Assembly (NCBI GenBank): GCA_046154185.1
Contig: JBJXGE010000094.1
Coordinates: 1-64,000, forward strand
Direction of reading: 5' to 3'
DNA length: 64,000 nt
Source of the DNA: Planctomycetota bacterium
GTDB taxonomy: Bacteria; Planctomycetota; UBA8108; UBA1146; JAJFFE01
The notes under the pieces are model-generated. The model was given only the letters and a program-made list of their open reading frames with translations. It was not told where the DNA came from and did not search any database. The translations under genes were made by a program, and so were the position numbers. Shown in pieces: positions 1-9,319 of this stretch; positions within the stretch are counted from its first letter, which is position 1, and each line of letters starts with the position of its first letter.

Positions 1-1
1 G

Positions 2-199
2 CGCCGCGAGGTGCGATCGATGTCGCAACGTGAGTTCGGCCGCTCCGAGCCGGGCGAAGACTCGATCAATGATCGCGACGAAAAGCGCATGGACTTCCTG
101 CTGCAGAAAGTCTCGAGCGGCGGCCTCGACTCCCTCACGAACGAGGAACGCGAGTTCATGATCAATATGAGTAAGCGCTTCCGCGGCCGCCGGAATTGA
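2..199 (+). CDS. 3' end of an unidentified CDS that starts upstream of the window
   Basis: The reading frame is open from window position 2 to the stop at 199 (track ORF 11..199). No family is recognisable from the C-terminal 60 aa. Confidence 0.3.
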   Translation, partial: RREVRSMSQREFGRSEPGEDSINDRDEKRMDFLLQKVSSGGLDSLTNEEREFMINMSKRFRGRRN

Positions 200-569
200 A
201 GAAGTCTTTTCTCGCCGGCCTTTCGGCATGGTTGCGCGCGTGGCGATCGCGTCGACGCCTCGAGCGTGCGACGCGCGCGGTGCTGAGTTCGGCGTTTGCC
301 GACCCGGCGCTGCTCAAGGGCACTTCGCTGCGTCCGGACCATCGTCCACGAGTCGAAGCCATCGAGCCCGAGGTCGAGAGCAACGGCGAACTCCGCGCGA
401 TTCGGTTTGCGATCGCGCGCCACCCGCGGCCGTTTTCTTTTTCGCGCCAGTTTCACGAAGTCGTCGAATGGTATCGCTACGACCTCACCGCTCGCACCAT
501 CGTGCGGGCGGGAAGCGTGAATCTCACGAAGCTGCGCGGTCGCGAAACGGATGGCGCGATCTAACGGGG

Positions 570-1631
570 CTAATAACTGAGATCGACTTCGTGTGCCGTC
601 TCCAAGAAGCGCGCGAGTAGGTCGACGGTCGCTTCGAGATCGGGACCGTAGATCGTCTCGACGACCGAGTGGACGTAGCGCGTCGGCACCGAGAGCGTAA
701 TCGATGGCACGGCCTCGCCGGCGCGTTGGATGCCGCCGGCGTCGGTGCCGCCCTTCGGCAAGATCTCCATTTGGTAGGGGATCTCGTGCTTCTGCGCCAA
801 CTCGCGAAAATAGCGCACGAGCTTCGGTGAAGCGATGAACGAAGAATCGAGCACCTTGATCGCCGTGCCCTTTGTCAGATGCGTGATGTGCTCCTCGGGT
901 TTTGCGCCCGGCACGTCGCACGCCAGCGTGACATCGATCGCGACGCCCATATCGGGCCGGATGCGATGCGCGGCGGTCATTGCGCCGCGCAAGCCGACTT
1001 CTTCTTGGCTGGTCGCGACCGCGTAGATGTCGACCTTGTGGTCTTTCACGCGGCGCAGGACTTCAATCAGCGTGTAAATCGAAACACGGTTGTCCATCGA
1101 CTTCGCCGAGTAGTAGTCGCCGAGCTGGATGAAGTCTTGGAGCAACGTGACGGGGTCACCCGGCTGAATCTTGTCGCGCACTTTCGCGACCGGTAACCCG
1201 ACATCGACGAACAAGTCCTCGAGCTCGGGCAGTTTCTTCTTCTCTTCGGCGTTCATGATGTGCACGGGTTTAGTGCCGATGACGCCGACGATTTCCTCAT
1301 CCTGCGAATTGATGATGCGGACGCGTTTCGCGATCAAAGTCTTGGGGTCGAAACCGCCGAGCGCGTGCACCCGCAAGAAACCGTTGTCGTCGATGTGCCG
1401 CACGACGAAGCCGATTTCATCCATATGGCCGGCGAGCATCACCTTGCGGGGCGTGCCGGTGCTACCGCTCCCACGCTTGAGCGCGATCACGTTGCCGAGT
1501 CCGTCGGTCTCAACTTTGTGAACGTGCGGAGTGATCTCTTTCTTATAAATCGCTCGGATACGATCTTCGAAGCCAGGCGCACCGGAGGCCTCGCACAGTC
1601 TCTTCAACAGCTCCCGATTTATGAGCTCCAT
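570..1631 (-). CDS. M42 family metallopeptidase (glutamyl aminopeptidase / FrvX-like)
   Basis: The 353-aa protein shows typical M42 family features (GHMDEIGF, DNR, the EE pair in SQEEVGLRGA). There is an ATG at 1631 with an AAGGA Shine-Dalgarno about 8 nt upstream. Confidence 0.85.
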   Translation of the reverse strand: MELINRELLKRLCEASGAPGFEDRIRAIYKKEITPHVHKVETDGLGNVIALKRGSGSTGTPRKVMLAGHMDEIGFVVRHIDDNGFLRVHALGGFDPKTLIAKRVRIINSQDEEIVGVIGTKPVHIMNAEEKKKLPELEDLFVDVGLPVAKVRDKIQPGDPVTLLQDFIQLGDYYSAKSMDNRVSIYTLIEVLRRVKDHKVDIYAVATSQEEVGLRGAMTAAHRIRPDMGVAIDVTLACDVPGAKPEEHITHLTKGTAIKVLDSSFIASPKLVRYFRELAQKHEIPYQMEILPKGGTDAGGIQRAGEAVPSITLSVPTRYVHSVVETIYGPDLEATVDLLARFLETAHEVDLSY

Positions 1632-1649
1632 TGCTAATCCTTTACTTTG

Positions 1650-1824
1650 GGTCCGCGCAAAAACAACTTCGCATTTTGAGGCCGATCTCTAACCTACCTC
1701 CGCTCGCGGCTCAATCGCGTAATCCTCAACGTAGCCAGGCTACGCCTGCGGTTCCGCTCAATCGCCGCGAACGGACCTACGTCAGATCTCGACCTCCAAA
1801 TGTAAAGCTTTTTTTGCGCGGACC
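1650..1824 (+). mobile_element. MITE-like palindromic repeat, copy A (175 bp, terminal inverted repeat GGTCCGCGCAAAAA...TTTTTGCGCGGACC)
   Basis: It is about 94% identical to the reverse complement of 11251-11425. Internally it is a long imperfect palindrome. Flanks are CTTTG on the left and CTTAC on the right. It lies 18 bp upstream of the M42 start codon. Confidence 0.7.
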
Positions 1825-1908
1825 CTTACCCGTGCGCTTCCAAGCCCCCCGAAGCGTGAAGCGCGCATTGTGCCAGGAGCTTTCGTCTGCGTCAGCAACT
1901 TTGTTGCG

Positions 1909-3096
1909 TCACGACTCGGTCGCTTTGAAGAGCGCTATACCGCCGAGCACGATTGCCAACGAGAGCAGTACGGTGAGCGTGATCTTGATCCAGCTATAGG
2001 GTCGCTGTCCCTGCACTTCGCCGGTCGACGCATTCACTAACAGTTGATAGAGCTTCGCGTGGAACTTGTAGCTCAAGAGCCAAACGGGTAACAGCAGTAG
2101 TTTGTAGGTGACGGCGTCATAGTGCGTTTGGATCGCATGAATGCGTTGCTCATCACCGCCGATCCGCGCGCGCACGTCGGCTCGTATCGCAGCGTCGATT
2201 TGCCCGCGCGCGCTTTTGAATCCCTGTTCGAGACTTACCTCGTAGCGCCGCGCTTGGAAGCCGGCGATGACGTCCTGTTGAAACGGTGTGCAGAGATCGA
2301 GTCGCCACGGCTCGAGCTTCTCGACCAGCTTCGGCGGCAGTCCGCCGGCCGCCGGCACCAGCACATCATCGAAGAAGCGCTGAAACTTGCCGGCCGCCGG
2401 ATACCAACGCGTGTGGCGAACGCGTCGCCGGTTTTTACCCGTGCCGACGGTCACCCAATAGTGTTCACCGCGCTCGCCGCGATACGCATTCTGCGTCAGC
2501 GAGTCGTAGGTCCAGTACGGCATGTAGCAGCCGCTGAACTTGTCGGACACGCCGAGTTTCTTGAACTTGTTGGGCGCGAACCAACGCGAACGCACCCACG
2601 CGGCGAGCTGGGTGTGCGCGGCTTCTCGCGTGATGCGAAACGGCAACACGCCGTCGATGCGTACGCGCTCTTTGAACTCCTCGGCGCTATCGATCTGAAT
2701 GGGCGAGCCGCAATAGGCGCAATCGGTGCTGGTGATGCCGCCCATGAAGACGACTTTTGCGGCGCACGACTCACAGCGGACTTCACGCGCATCCGTGACG
2801 ACACTGGTGCCGGCCCCCGGGCTTTGTGAGTCGCGTCGCGCGTCGTGCTGTTTTTGCATCCGCGCGACCATCGCGTGAAAGTCTTGCTCGGGCAGCGTTT
2901 CGACCGCGAGCGCCAGCTCCTTCGTGAAGCCACAATGCTCGCATTGGAGCTTTTGCACGCCGACGTGAAAGCGCAGATCGGAGCCGCATCCCTCGCAGGG
3001 AAAGATGCGGCCCTTGCCATCGTCGGTGGTTTCGCCGGTCGCCGGTCGAGCGGAAGGCTGCGACGACGCCGAACTTTCCGCGGCCGCGCTCATGCG
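1909..3096 (-). CDS. double zinc-ribbon membrane protein (YdjG-like), probable partner of the adjacent SPFH protein
   Basis: Two CxxC...CxxC zinc ribbons (CEGCGS..CEHCGF and CESCAA..CAYCGS) and a C-terminal TM helix. The longest ORF starts at 3285 but overlaps the SPFH gene. An internal Met at about 3096 fits a stop/start junction with the SPFH stop at 3090. Confidence 0.55.
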   Translation of the reverse strand, partial: RMSAAAESSASSQPSARPATGETTDDGKGRIFPCEGCGSDLRFHVGVQKLQCEHCGFTKELALAVETLPEQDFHAMVARMQKQHDARRDSQSPGAGTSVVTDAREVRCESCAAKVVFMGGITSTDCAYCGSPIQIDSAEEFKERVRIDGVLPFRITREAAHTQLAAWVRSRWFAPNKFKKLGVSDKFSGCYMPYWTYDSLTQNAYRGERGEHYWVTVGTGKNRRRVRHTRWYPAAGKFQRFFDDVLVPAAGGLPPKLVEKLEPWRLDLCTPFQQDVIAGFQARRYEVSLEQGFKSARGQIDAAIRADVRARIGGDEQRIHAIQTHYDAVTYKLLLLPVWLLSYKFHAKLYQLLVNASTGEVQGQRPYSWIKITLTVLLSLAIVLGGIALFKATES

Positions 3097-4202
3097 CTCG
3101 CGGCGGGCGGCGGAGGTGGCGGCGACGCGCCCGCGAGCTGCGGCACTTGTCCCGCAGGCAACCACGCCGGCATACCGTGACACCACACCATCGTCGCCGC
3201 GGTGATGCGACCGGCGGCGAAATAGCTCGCAAGTTGGGCCGGATCGATTGGACCGACGGTGCGGCCCTGCTCGGCGATGTACCACGGCTGCGCGACCGGT
3301 GGCGGCGCGGGCGGCATCATTGGCGCCGCGCCGATACCTCCCATGTTGCGCGCCATCTGTTGCGCCATCACGTACCCCATTCCAAGCCCCATGCCTTCGG
3401 CGGCGCCGCCACCGCCACCGCCCGGATTCGCCGCGGCGGCCGTCATGGCATTCGCCATTTGATACTGCTGGTATCGGCCGAGGTCGCCGATCACGCCCAT
3501 GCTGGTGCGTTTGTCGAGCGCCTTCTCGACTTCTTCCGGGAACGAGATATTCACGATCTGCAGGGCTGGAATATCGAGACCGTACTCGTCGTCGACGCGC
3601 TCGACGACGTTGCGCCGCAGCTGATCGGAAAGGTCCTTGTAGCTCGCCGCTAAATCTAGCGCCGCGATCTTGCTCGATCCAATCACTTCGGCGAACGCCG
3701 TGTTGATCATCGAACGCAAGAGCTCGCTCACTTCGTCGGCCTCAAAGACGCCGTCCGTGCCGACTAGCTCCGTCAGCAGCGCGCGCGGATCGGTCGCTTG
3801 CAACGTGTAGGTGCCGAATGCGCGCAAGCGGATCGGGCCGAAATCCGGATCGCGCAGCATCACCGGGTTCGGCGTGCCCCACTTGAGATCCGTGACTTGC
3901 CGCGTGCTGACAAAATAAACTTCGGCCTTGAACGGGCTATCGAAGCCGTACTTCCAACCCTGCAGCGTGCTGAGAATCGGCAGGTTCTTGGTCGCCAACG
4001 TGTGGGTGCCCGGGTTGAAGATGTCCGCGATCTTGCCCTCATTGACGAAAATCGCCTGTTGGCCGGGGCGAACGATGAGCTGCGCGCCCATCTTGATTTG
4101 GTTGTGGTAGCGTGGAAAACGCCACACCAATGTGTGCCGCGTGTCATCGATCCACTCAACGATGTCGACGAATTCGCCGCGTAGTTTGTCGAGGAGTCCC
4201 AT
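3090..4202 (-). CDS. SPFH/band-7 family protein (Band_7_1 / YdjI-like) with a C-terminal GYF-like (DUF4339) domain
   Basis: The N-terminus (MGLLDKLRGEFVDIVEWID..WRFP) and the ..KWGTPNP.. core match PF13421-type SPFH proteins. A Gly/Pro-rich linker follows, then a C-terminal domain (GRTVGPIDPAQLASYFAAGRITAATMVWCHGMPAWLPAGQVPQL) that looks GYF/DUF4339-like. Confidence 0.8.
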   Translation of the reverse strand: MGLLDKLRGEFVDIVEWIDDTRHTLVWRFPRYHNQIKMGAQLIVRPGQQAIFVNEGKIADIFNPGTHTLATKNLPILSTLQGWKYGFDSPFKAEVYFVSTRQVTDLKWGTPNPVMLRDPDFGPIRLRAFGTYTLQATDPRALLTELVGTDGVFEADEVSELLRSMINTAFAEVIGSSKIAALDLAASYKDLSDQLRRNVVERVDDEYGLDIPALQIVNISFPEEVEKALDKRTSMGVIGDLGRYQQYQMANAMTAAAANPGGGGGGAAEGMGLGMGYVMAQQMARNMGGIGAAPMMPPAPPPVAQPWYIAEQGRTVGPIDPAQLASYFAAGRITAATMVWCHGMPAWLPAGQVPQLAGASPPPPPPAASA

Positions 4203-4322
4203 GAATGCTCCCGTCAGGATTGCTTTCCGAGCCAATTCTCGTGCGAGCGTTTGCGTTCGCGCCGCCGGTTTAAGGTGCGAAAATCACACTGCAGCGCGCC
4301 GCGCGCAAAACGCGCGCCATTG

Positions 4323-4922
4323 TTACCCAGTTCGCCGCCACAACACCAGCTTCGTGTCTCCGTAGCGCCGATCGACGCGCAGTTCGAGACCGACCGGCGC
4401 GCTCGGCGGTGTGAATTCGGATGGAATCTCGAGTCCGACGTGACCGCCGGGCTTCAAATGGCGAAGCCCCAGACTAAACGCGAGTTGCCAGGGATTCCGC
4501 CCTGGCGACGCGAGTTCGTAGTCGGCGAACGGTGGATCGAGAAACACGAGGTCGAGCGGTTCCGCGAGCGCACTCGCGATCGTCGATTCGGCGCCGTAAG
4601 CGTCGACCTCCAGCACCTGGCAGCGGCGTTCGAGCAACAGGCCTTGGAGATTCGCGCGCAAGACCGGTAAGACTTCCGCGCCGTTCTCGATCAACGTTGC
4701 GGCAATCGCGCCGCGTGAGATCGCTTCGATCGCGATGGCGCCGGAGCCGCTGAAGACATCCAAGACGCGCGCCGCCCGCAGATTTCCGCCGAGCATGTTA
4801 AAGAGCGCTTCGCGCACGCGACTGCGCATCGGCCGCACGGCGAGACCCGGTGGCACGGCGAGTCGCTTCCCGCGCAAGTCGCCGCCCGAGATGCGGAGTC
4901 CGGTGCCAGGCGCTGGTTTCAC
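4323..4922 (-). CDS. rsmD: 16S rRNA (guanine966-N2)-methyltransferase RsmD
   Basis: The 199-aa protein has the LDVFSGSGAIAIEAISRGA SAM-binding motif and the DPPF/DPPY motif. Length and layout match the RsmD family. Confidence 0.85.
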   Translation of the reverse strand: MKPAPGTGLRISGGDLRGKRLAVPPGLAVRPMRSRVREALFNMLGGNLRAARVLDVFSGSGAIAIEAISRGAIAATLIENGAEVLPVLRANLQGLLLERRCQVLEVDAYGAESTIASALAEPLDLVFLDPPFADYELASPGRNPWQLAFSLGLRHLKPGGHVGLEIPSEFTPPSAPVGLELRVDRRYGDTKLVLWRRTG

Positions 4923-6160
4923 GCGTGAACCGAAAACTCGAGCTCGGCGCTCGCCTCCGGCTCGTCGCCGGAACCATTTCGCACTTCGAGCACGAGTCGG
5001 TGCTTACCCGGCTTGAGCGTCGCCGGCAGTTCATACTTGAGTTGCAGCCGAATCTCGCGGTCCTCCGCTTCCGTGTGCTCGGTCCAGTTTTCTTCGGTTT
5101 GCGCCGATGGGACCTTTACGAGCCGTGCATCGTAAAGTCGAAACGCGAAGGACAACCGACGGCGCCAGCCGTTTCCTTCGCGGAGATTTGCGATGTTCTG
5201 GACGAGGACTTCGAGACGAATCGGCTGCCCCGCGCGCAACGTGGCGCCGCTGTAGTCGACATATTGTCCTTGTAACTTTACGCCGGAAATGCGCAGGTCT
5301 TTGGCGCGCAGCGCCGTCGTCGGCGCTTTCGACGATGCGGTCGGCGCGCCGGTGCGCTGTGAGTCGGCGATTCCGAGACCCAAGTCTTCGTAGAATGCCG
5401 CCGCGAGATGCTTGAGGAGTTGCGCCGGATGATAAAGCCGCTCGAGGTGGGCGAGCAGCGCGTCGCGATAACTTTCCTCCGCCGCCGAGTCGAGAAAGTG
5501 GCATGCAATCAAACGAATGAGCAGCTTGTGTTTTTGCAACCGGCGCGCATGCGTCAATTCCTCTTCGGGGGCGGCGCCGAATTCGTCGAGCGCGGCGAGT
5601 AGCTCGCGGACCTTCTGCTCTTCTCGTTGCGTGTCGACGCGCGAAACGTCGGCCTCCGACGCGCCGGCACTTTCCGCGAGGGTCGCCGTGTTCGCGCCAT
5701 CACCCGGATTCGCGCGTGCGACATCGCTGGCCGCGCCGCGCGCCGTCCGCACGGCGACGGTGGACGAACCATCCACCGACCGTTCGGGCGCGTTCGGCGC
5801 CAGTAGCTCCGCGTCGCGTAGTAGCACCGTGCGAGTCGGGGACTGGGTGCTCGTATCGCGGCTCGTCGAGTCATCGCTCGATGGGTCGAGTGGATCGTAG
5901 TCTAAGGCTGGAATCGGGCGGGCGGGTTGATCAGTCGTATGCGTCGCCGCGACGGGTTCCGTTCCGCCGCCGTTTGCCGTGTTCGAACTTGCACCGCCCG
6001 ACTCGTGCGAGCGAAAGTCGTTTTCGCTGGGGGGCATGCTGCAACCCGGCAGGCAAATCACCAGCAGAGAAGGCACTAGCAGACAGAGCAGCGCCGGCAG
6101 CCTGAGCACCCAGCCAGCAACAACTCTGCGCGCACACCAATGCGTGCTGCGTTCCGGCAT
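4919..6160 (-). CDS. hypothetical lipoprotein
   Basis: N-terminal signal with an LPGC lipobox, then a low-complexity Ser/Thr/Asp-rich region, then a C-terminal globular part. Its stop overlaps the rsmD start, suggesting an operon. Confidence 0.5.
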   Translation of the reverse strand: MPERSTHWCARRVVAGWVLRLPALLCLLVPSLLVICLPGCSMPPSENDFRSHESGGASSNTANGGGTEPVAATHTTDQPARPIPALDYDPLDPSSDDSTSRDTSTQSPTRTVLLRDAELLAPNAPERSVDGSSTVAVRTARGAASDVARANPGDGANTATLAESAGASEADVSRVDTQREEQKVRELLAALDEFGAAPEEELTHARRLQKHKLLIRLIACHFLDSAAEESYRDALLAHLERLYHPAQLLKHLAAAFYEDLGLGIADSQRTGAPTASSKAPTTALRAKDLRISGVKLQGQYVDYSGATLRAGQPIRLEVLVQNIANLREGNGWRRRLSFAFRLYDARLVKVPSAQTEENWTEHTEAEDREIRLQLKYELPATLKPGKHRLVLEVRNGSGDEPEASAELEFSVHA

Positions 6161-6259
6161 CGCTCCGTTACCTCGATTGTTTCAAGCGCGGCGTGGGACG
6201 CATTATGCGCGGCGCGTGCGCAGTTGGGTAGGGAAGTGCAAGCGGACGATTCGCCCCGT

Positions 6260-7045
6260 CTACTTCGTCGCCAAGATGTAGAAATGACTGTAGAAACTCG
6301 CGCACGGCAACACGTGGGTGAGTCCTTTCAACACGCCAAGCGCCACGCGCCGCGCGCCGCAAAAACTCTCATTCAGACTATGCCGGTATCGCACCTCAAC
6401 CTCGCGGAAGCCAACAGTGCGCAACACGCGTCGCAGCTGTTCGGGGTCGATTCCGCTCGTGTAGACATTGTGGTATTCGGCCATGTCGTCGTCGAGCGAG
6501 CCAAAACCGTGGCGGCGTCGATGTTTCAGACGGTACCAAAAGCGGTAGAAGCGTCCGAAGTAGTAGTTCGGATCGTGATCCGTGTAGAGCATGCCGCCGG
6601 GCTTGAGGACTCGATACGCTTCCGCGACGACGGGCGCGGGATCGACGATGTGATGCAAGAGCGCATACATGCCGGCAGCGTCGATCGATTGGTCGGCGAA
6701 CGGCAGTCGATGCGCTTGTCCCGAGGTCAGCGCACGCAGTCCCTCGCGGACGCGCACTTCGGCGAGCAGTTTTTCCGCTTGGTCAAGGCCCACGACTTCT
6801 GGAAAGACCTCGCGCGCCAGCCGCAGCAAGTTGCCGGTGCCGCAACCGATGTCGAGAAAGCGCGTGCCGCCAGTGCGAGCGCGCAGTTGCGTGAGGATGC
6901 CGAGCAGTCGCCGCGCCTGCGCGGCGTTGAAGATGCTCTTGTTCTCGTTGTATTGATCGAAGTTCTTCGAGTTGTAAACGCGGCGATTCGCGGCGCGCAC
7001 GTCCTCTTCGGTCGGCGGCGCCGCCGGCGCGATGGAGATCGACAT
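6260..7045 (-). CDS. class I SAM-dependent methyltransferase
   Basis: LDIGCGTGNL glycine-rich SAM motif and a Methyltransf_11-like core (VLKPGGMLY). Confidence 0.8.
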   Translation of the reverse strand: MSISIAPAAPPTEEDVRAANRRVYNSKNFDQYNENKSIFNAAQARRLLGILTQLRARTGGTRFLDIGCGTGNLLRLAREVFPEVVGLDQAEKLLAEVRVREGLRALTSGQAHRLPFADQSIDAAGMYALLHHIVDPAPVVAEAYRVLKPGGMLYTDHDPNYYFGRFYRFWYRLKHRRRHGFGSLDDDMAEYHNVYTSGIDPEQLRRVLRTVGFREVEVRYRHSLNESFCGARRVALGVLKGLTHVLPCASFYSHFYILATK

Positions 7046-7085
7046 GGCACAGACTCCCCGGATCTAGGTCCAGTGCGGCGCGCCG

Positions 7086-8918
7086 CTAGCGTTCGGCGAG
7101 CTGGTCGTGTACTTCGTTTTTGAGTTGCGTGAAGCGCCGCAGGAGTTCGCGAAACTCGCCGGGCGGTTGCTTGTAGATCTGTTCGCGTGAAACGCGCGCG
7201 AGCGATTCTTCAGCGCGGTGCAAATGCTCACGCCGATCGCCCGCCCCAGAGTAGTGCAGGTTCAAGTGCGCGCTCGCGAGGTCGAGCACGAAGGGCGCGT
7301 GCGCGGGCGCGAGCTGATACGCCTGTTCATAGCAAGTGAGCGCCTCCTGATGGCGACCGAGCATGCTGAGAATCACGCCGCGGTCGTGCCAGGCGGCGGA
7401 GTGTTCGGCGTCGTACAAGACCGCCATTTCGAGGCTTTCGAGCGCCGCGAGGAGTTGCTTGCGTTGCGCCATGTCGCGCGGATCGCCGCTCGAGCGCGCG
7501 AGCACGAGCGCGCGTTGATATCGTTCTTCGGCGACTTGCTTGGGATCGACGTGCGGATTGACGAGTTGGACCCGCGTCGCGCAATCAATGATCGAGCGGT
7601 TGTCGGCGAGATCGCGCAGTTTGAGCCGTAGTCGCAAGCTGTCGGCTTCAATGAGGGGTGGGCGCCACGAAAACGCGCCTCGACCCTCAGGCGCGGAGAG
7701 GCCGGTGGCCAGCGACTTCCACGTCTCGCCGCCATCGAGTGACACTTCGAGATCGCAACCGCCGGGCGCGAGATTGCGATCCTGACTCTCCCAAGTGATA
7801 TCGAGCCCAGCGCCCGCCGCGTGCGCGAGCTTTTCGCCGCCGGCGCCGACGATGAGCGTTCCTTCCGGCGAGTGGGCATCGACGACGACCTGCAAGTCGA
7901 ATGGGGTGTCGGGAGTCGGCTCGGCGCGGTCCGCGTTGCCATTGAGGTCAATGAGTCGCAGATAGAAAAAGTAACGCCCGTCGCCCGGCGCCGCAAAAAT
8001 GTAGGGCGAGGTCACGTCCGGATCCGTCAGCCGCTCCCAAGCCGCGACGCCGGGCCGCATCCAGATTTCCACTTCGCGCAGCTCGATCGGAGAAAAAGTT
8101 GCGCTGCGATAGTAGACCGGAAAGCGGCGAAACGCTGACACCGGTTGCGCGGTGATCGAGAGCCCGCCGCGAAAGCCATCGAAGGGCAACACATGAATGG
8201 GCGTCGGTGTCGTCCACGTCGTCACATTGTGCGCGAGGTCAACGACGGTGATGCGGAGTTCGAGTTCGCCCGCCGCGAGCGGACAAAACCATTGAATCGG
8301 CGACGCGGTGCGCGCGAACGGACCTTGCGTGAGGATGGCGCGCCACGGCTCGTCGCCGCTGCGTCGCCATTCGACGGTGACCGGGCGTTCGCCCAGATTG
8401 GCGTCGTCGCACTCGAAGCGAATGCGGACATCGCTGCCGCCGTAGACGGAAGTTCCGGCCACGGGGTCGCGCACTTCGAGGCTCGGTGAGGTGGTGTCGA
8501 CGATGATTTGCACATCCGGGACCGTGCCCGGTTGGGGGGGCGCGGTCTCCCGCCGCGCGCGATCGCGCGCGGTGACGAGGAAGCCGTAGTGACCGTCGGC
8601 CGGCGCGACGAACGAAATTGGTGACGCGCCGGTGTGCTCGCTCGGCGCGCGCTGCCAGTTTGCACCGCCATTGATCGTGTACCAAAGTTGATGGGCGGCG
8701 ACGGGCGCAGCGCCGGTTTCGACGGCGCTAAACGGAATCTCGAGCTCACGAGTATCGCTGTACGGAATTGCGGCGTCGCCGGTCGATGGAAGCTCTTCGC
8801 CGACGGCGACCCAGCCAAAAATGCATACGGCCAGCACCGCGCCGCCACCGCGCGCGAACCGAGTCGGTGACGCTGACAAGAAGTGACGCATGCGAATCCC
8901 CTCGGTCGTGTTTCGCAA
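7086..8918 (-). CDS. secreted protein with three Ig-like repeats and C-terminal TPR repeats
   Basis: Signal peptide after the second Met. Three internally similar roughly 100-aa beta-rich repeats (..SPxxFxAPGDGxYxF..). The last roughly 120 aa are TPR-like. Confidence 0.6.
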   Translation of the reverse strand: MRNTTEGIRMRHFLSASPTRFARGGGAVLAVCIFGWVAVGEELPSTGDAAIPYSDTRELEIPFSAVETGAAPVAAHQLWYTINGGANWQRAPSEHTGASPISFVAPADGHYGFLVTARDRARRETAPPQPGTVPDVQIIVDTTSPSLEVRDPVAGTSVYGGSDVRIRFECDDANLGERPVTVEWRRSGDEPWRAILTQGPFARTASPIQWFCPLAAGELELRITVVDLAHNVTTWTTPTPIHVLPFDGFRGGLSITAQPVSAFRRFPVYYRSATFSPIELREVEIWMRPGVAAWERLTDPDVTSPYIFAAPGDGRYFFYLRLIDLNGNADRAEPTPDTPFDLQVVVDAHSPEGTLIVGAGGEKLAHAAGAGLDITWESQDRNLAPGGCDLEVSLDGGETWKSLATGLSAPEGRGAFSWRPPLIEADSLRLRLKLRDLADNRSIIDCATRVQLVNPHVDPKQVAEERYQRALVLARSSGDPRDMAQRKQLLAALESLEMAVLYDAEHSAAWHDRGVILSMLGRHQEALTCYEQAYQLAPAHAPFVLDLASAHLNLHYSGAGDRREHLHRAEESLARVSREQIYKQPPGEFRELLRRFTQLKNEVHDQLAER

Positions 8919-8920
8919 AC

Positions 8921-9094
8921 TCAGTAGAGTTCGAGCTGCTTCGTGCGCGGCTCACCCTGTCCCCAATGAAACCAGCGGCGGAATTTTTCCCAACACTCTT
9001 GGCACAAAGTGTGGACCTTGTCGTCGAACTTCACGTATTGGTGCGTCGGTATCGCCTCTTGATGGAAGCACCGACTGCAAGTGGGCTTGGTCAT
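8921..9094 (-). CDS. small zinc-ribbon protein (CxxC-x21-CxxC)
   Basis: 57-aa ORF MTKPTCSRC...CQECWEK. A GAGGAG Shine-Dalgarno sits 8 nt upstream of the ATG at 9094. Its stop lies 2 bp from the start of the downstream TPR/Ig-like gene. Confidence 0.45.
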   Translation of the reverse strand: MTKPTCSRCFHQEAIPTHQYVKFDDKVHTLCQECWEKFRRWFHWGQGEPRTKQLELY

Positions 9095-9319
9095 CGCGCT
9101 CACTCCTCGTGCTCAAGCACTGCAAGTCCGAAGTTCCAATTCCATCCATCGGCTGAAGTCGAGCGGGAGTTGACGAGGAGCGCCAAAAATCTCGGCTCTG
9201 AGGTCGCGATCGCGCCACGACTGACCGCTTGCGAGCGCGGGAGCCGCGAAGTACGCTCCGCGCGGATACTTCGCTGCGACGAAAACGCGGGGTCAGCTCG
9301 ACGAGATCGGACTTTAGTC

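Noticed and set aside
196-620. Two overlapping plus-strand ORFs (122 and 130 aa) upstream of the M42 peptidase
   Set aside because: They are Arg-rich and low-complexity, overlap each other in different frames, and have no recognisable domain. This fits GC-driven ORFs better than a gene. Not reported as CDS.
6140-7123. 327-aa ORF on the plus strand
   Set aside because: It is fully antisense to the well-supported methyltransferase gene (6260-7045), Arg/Ala-rich, and typical of spurious ORFs in high-GC DNA.
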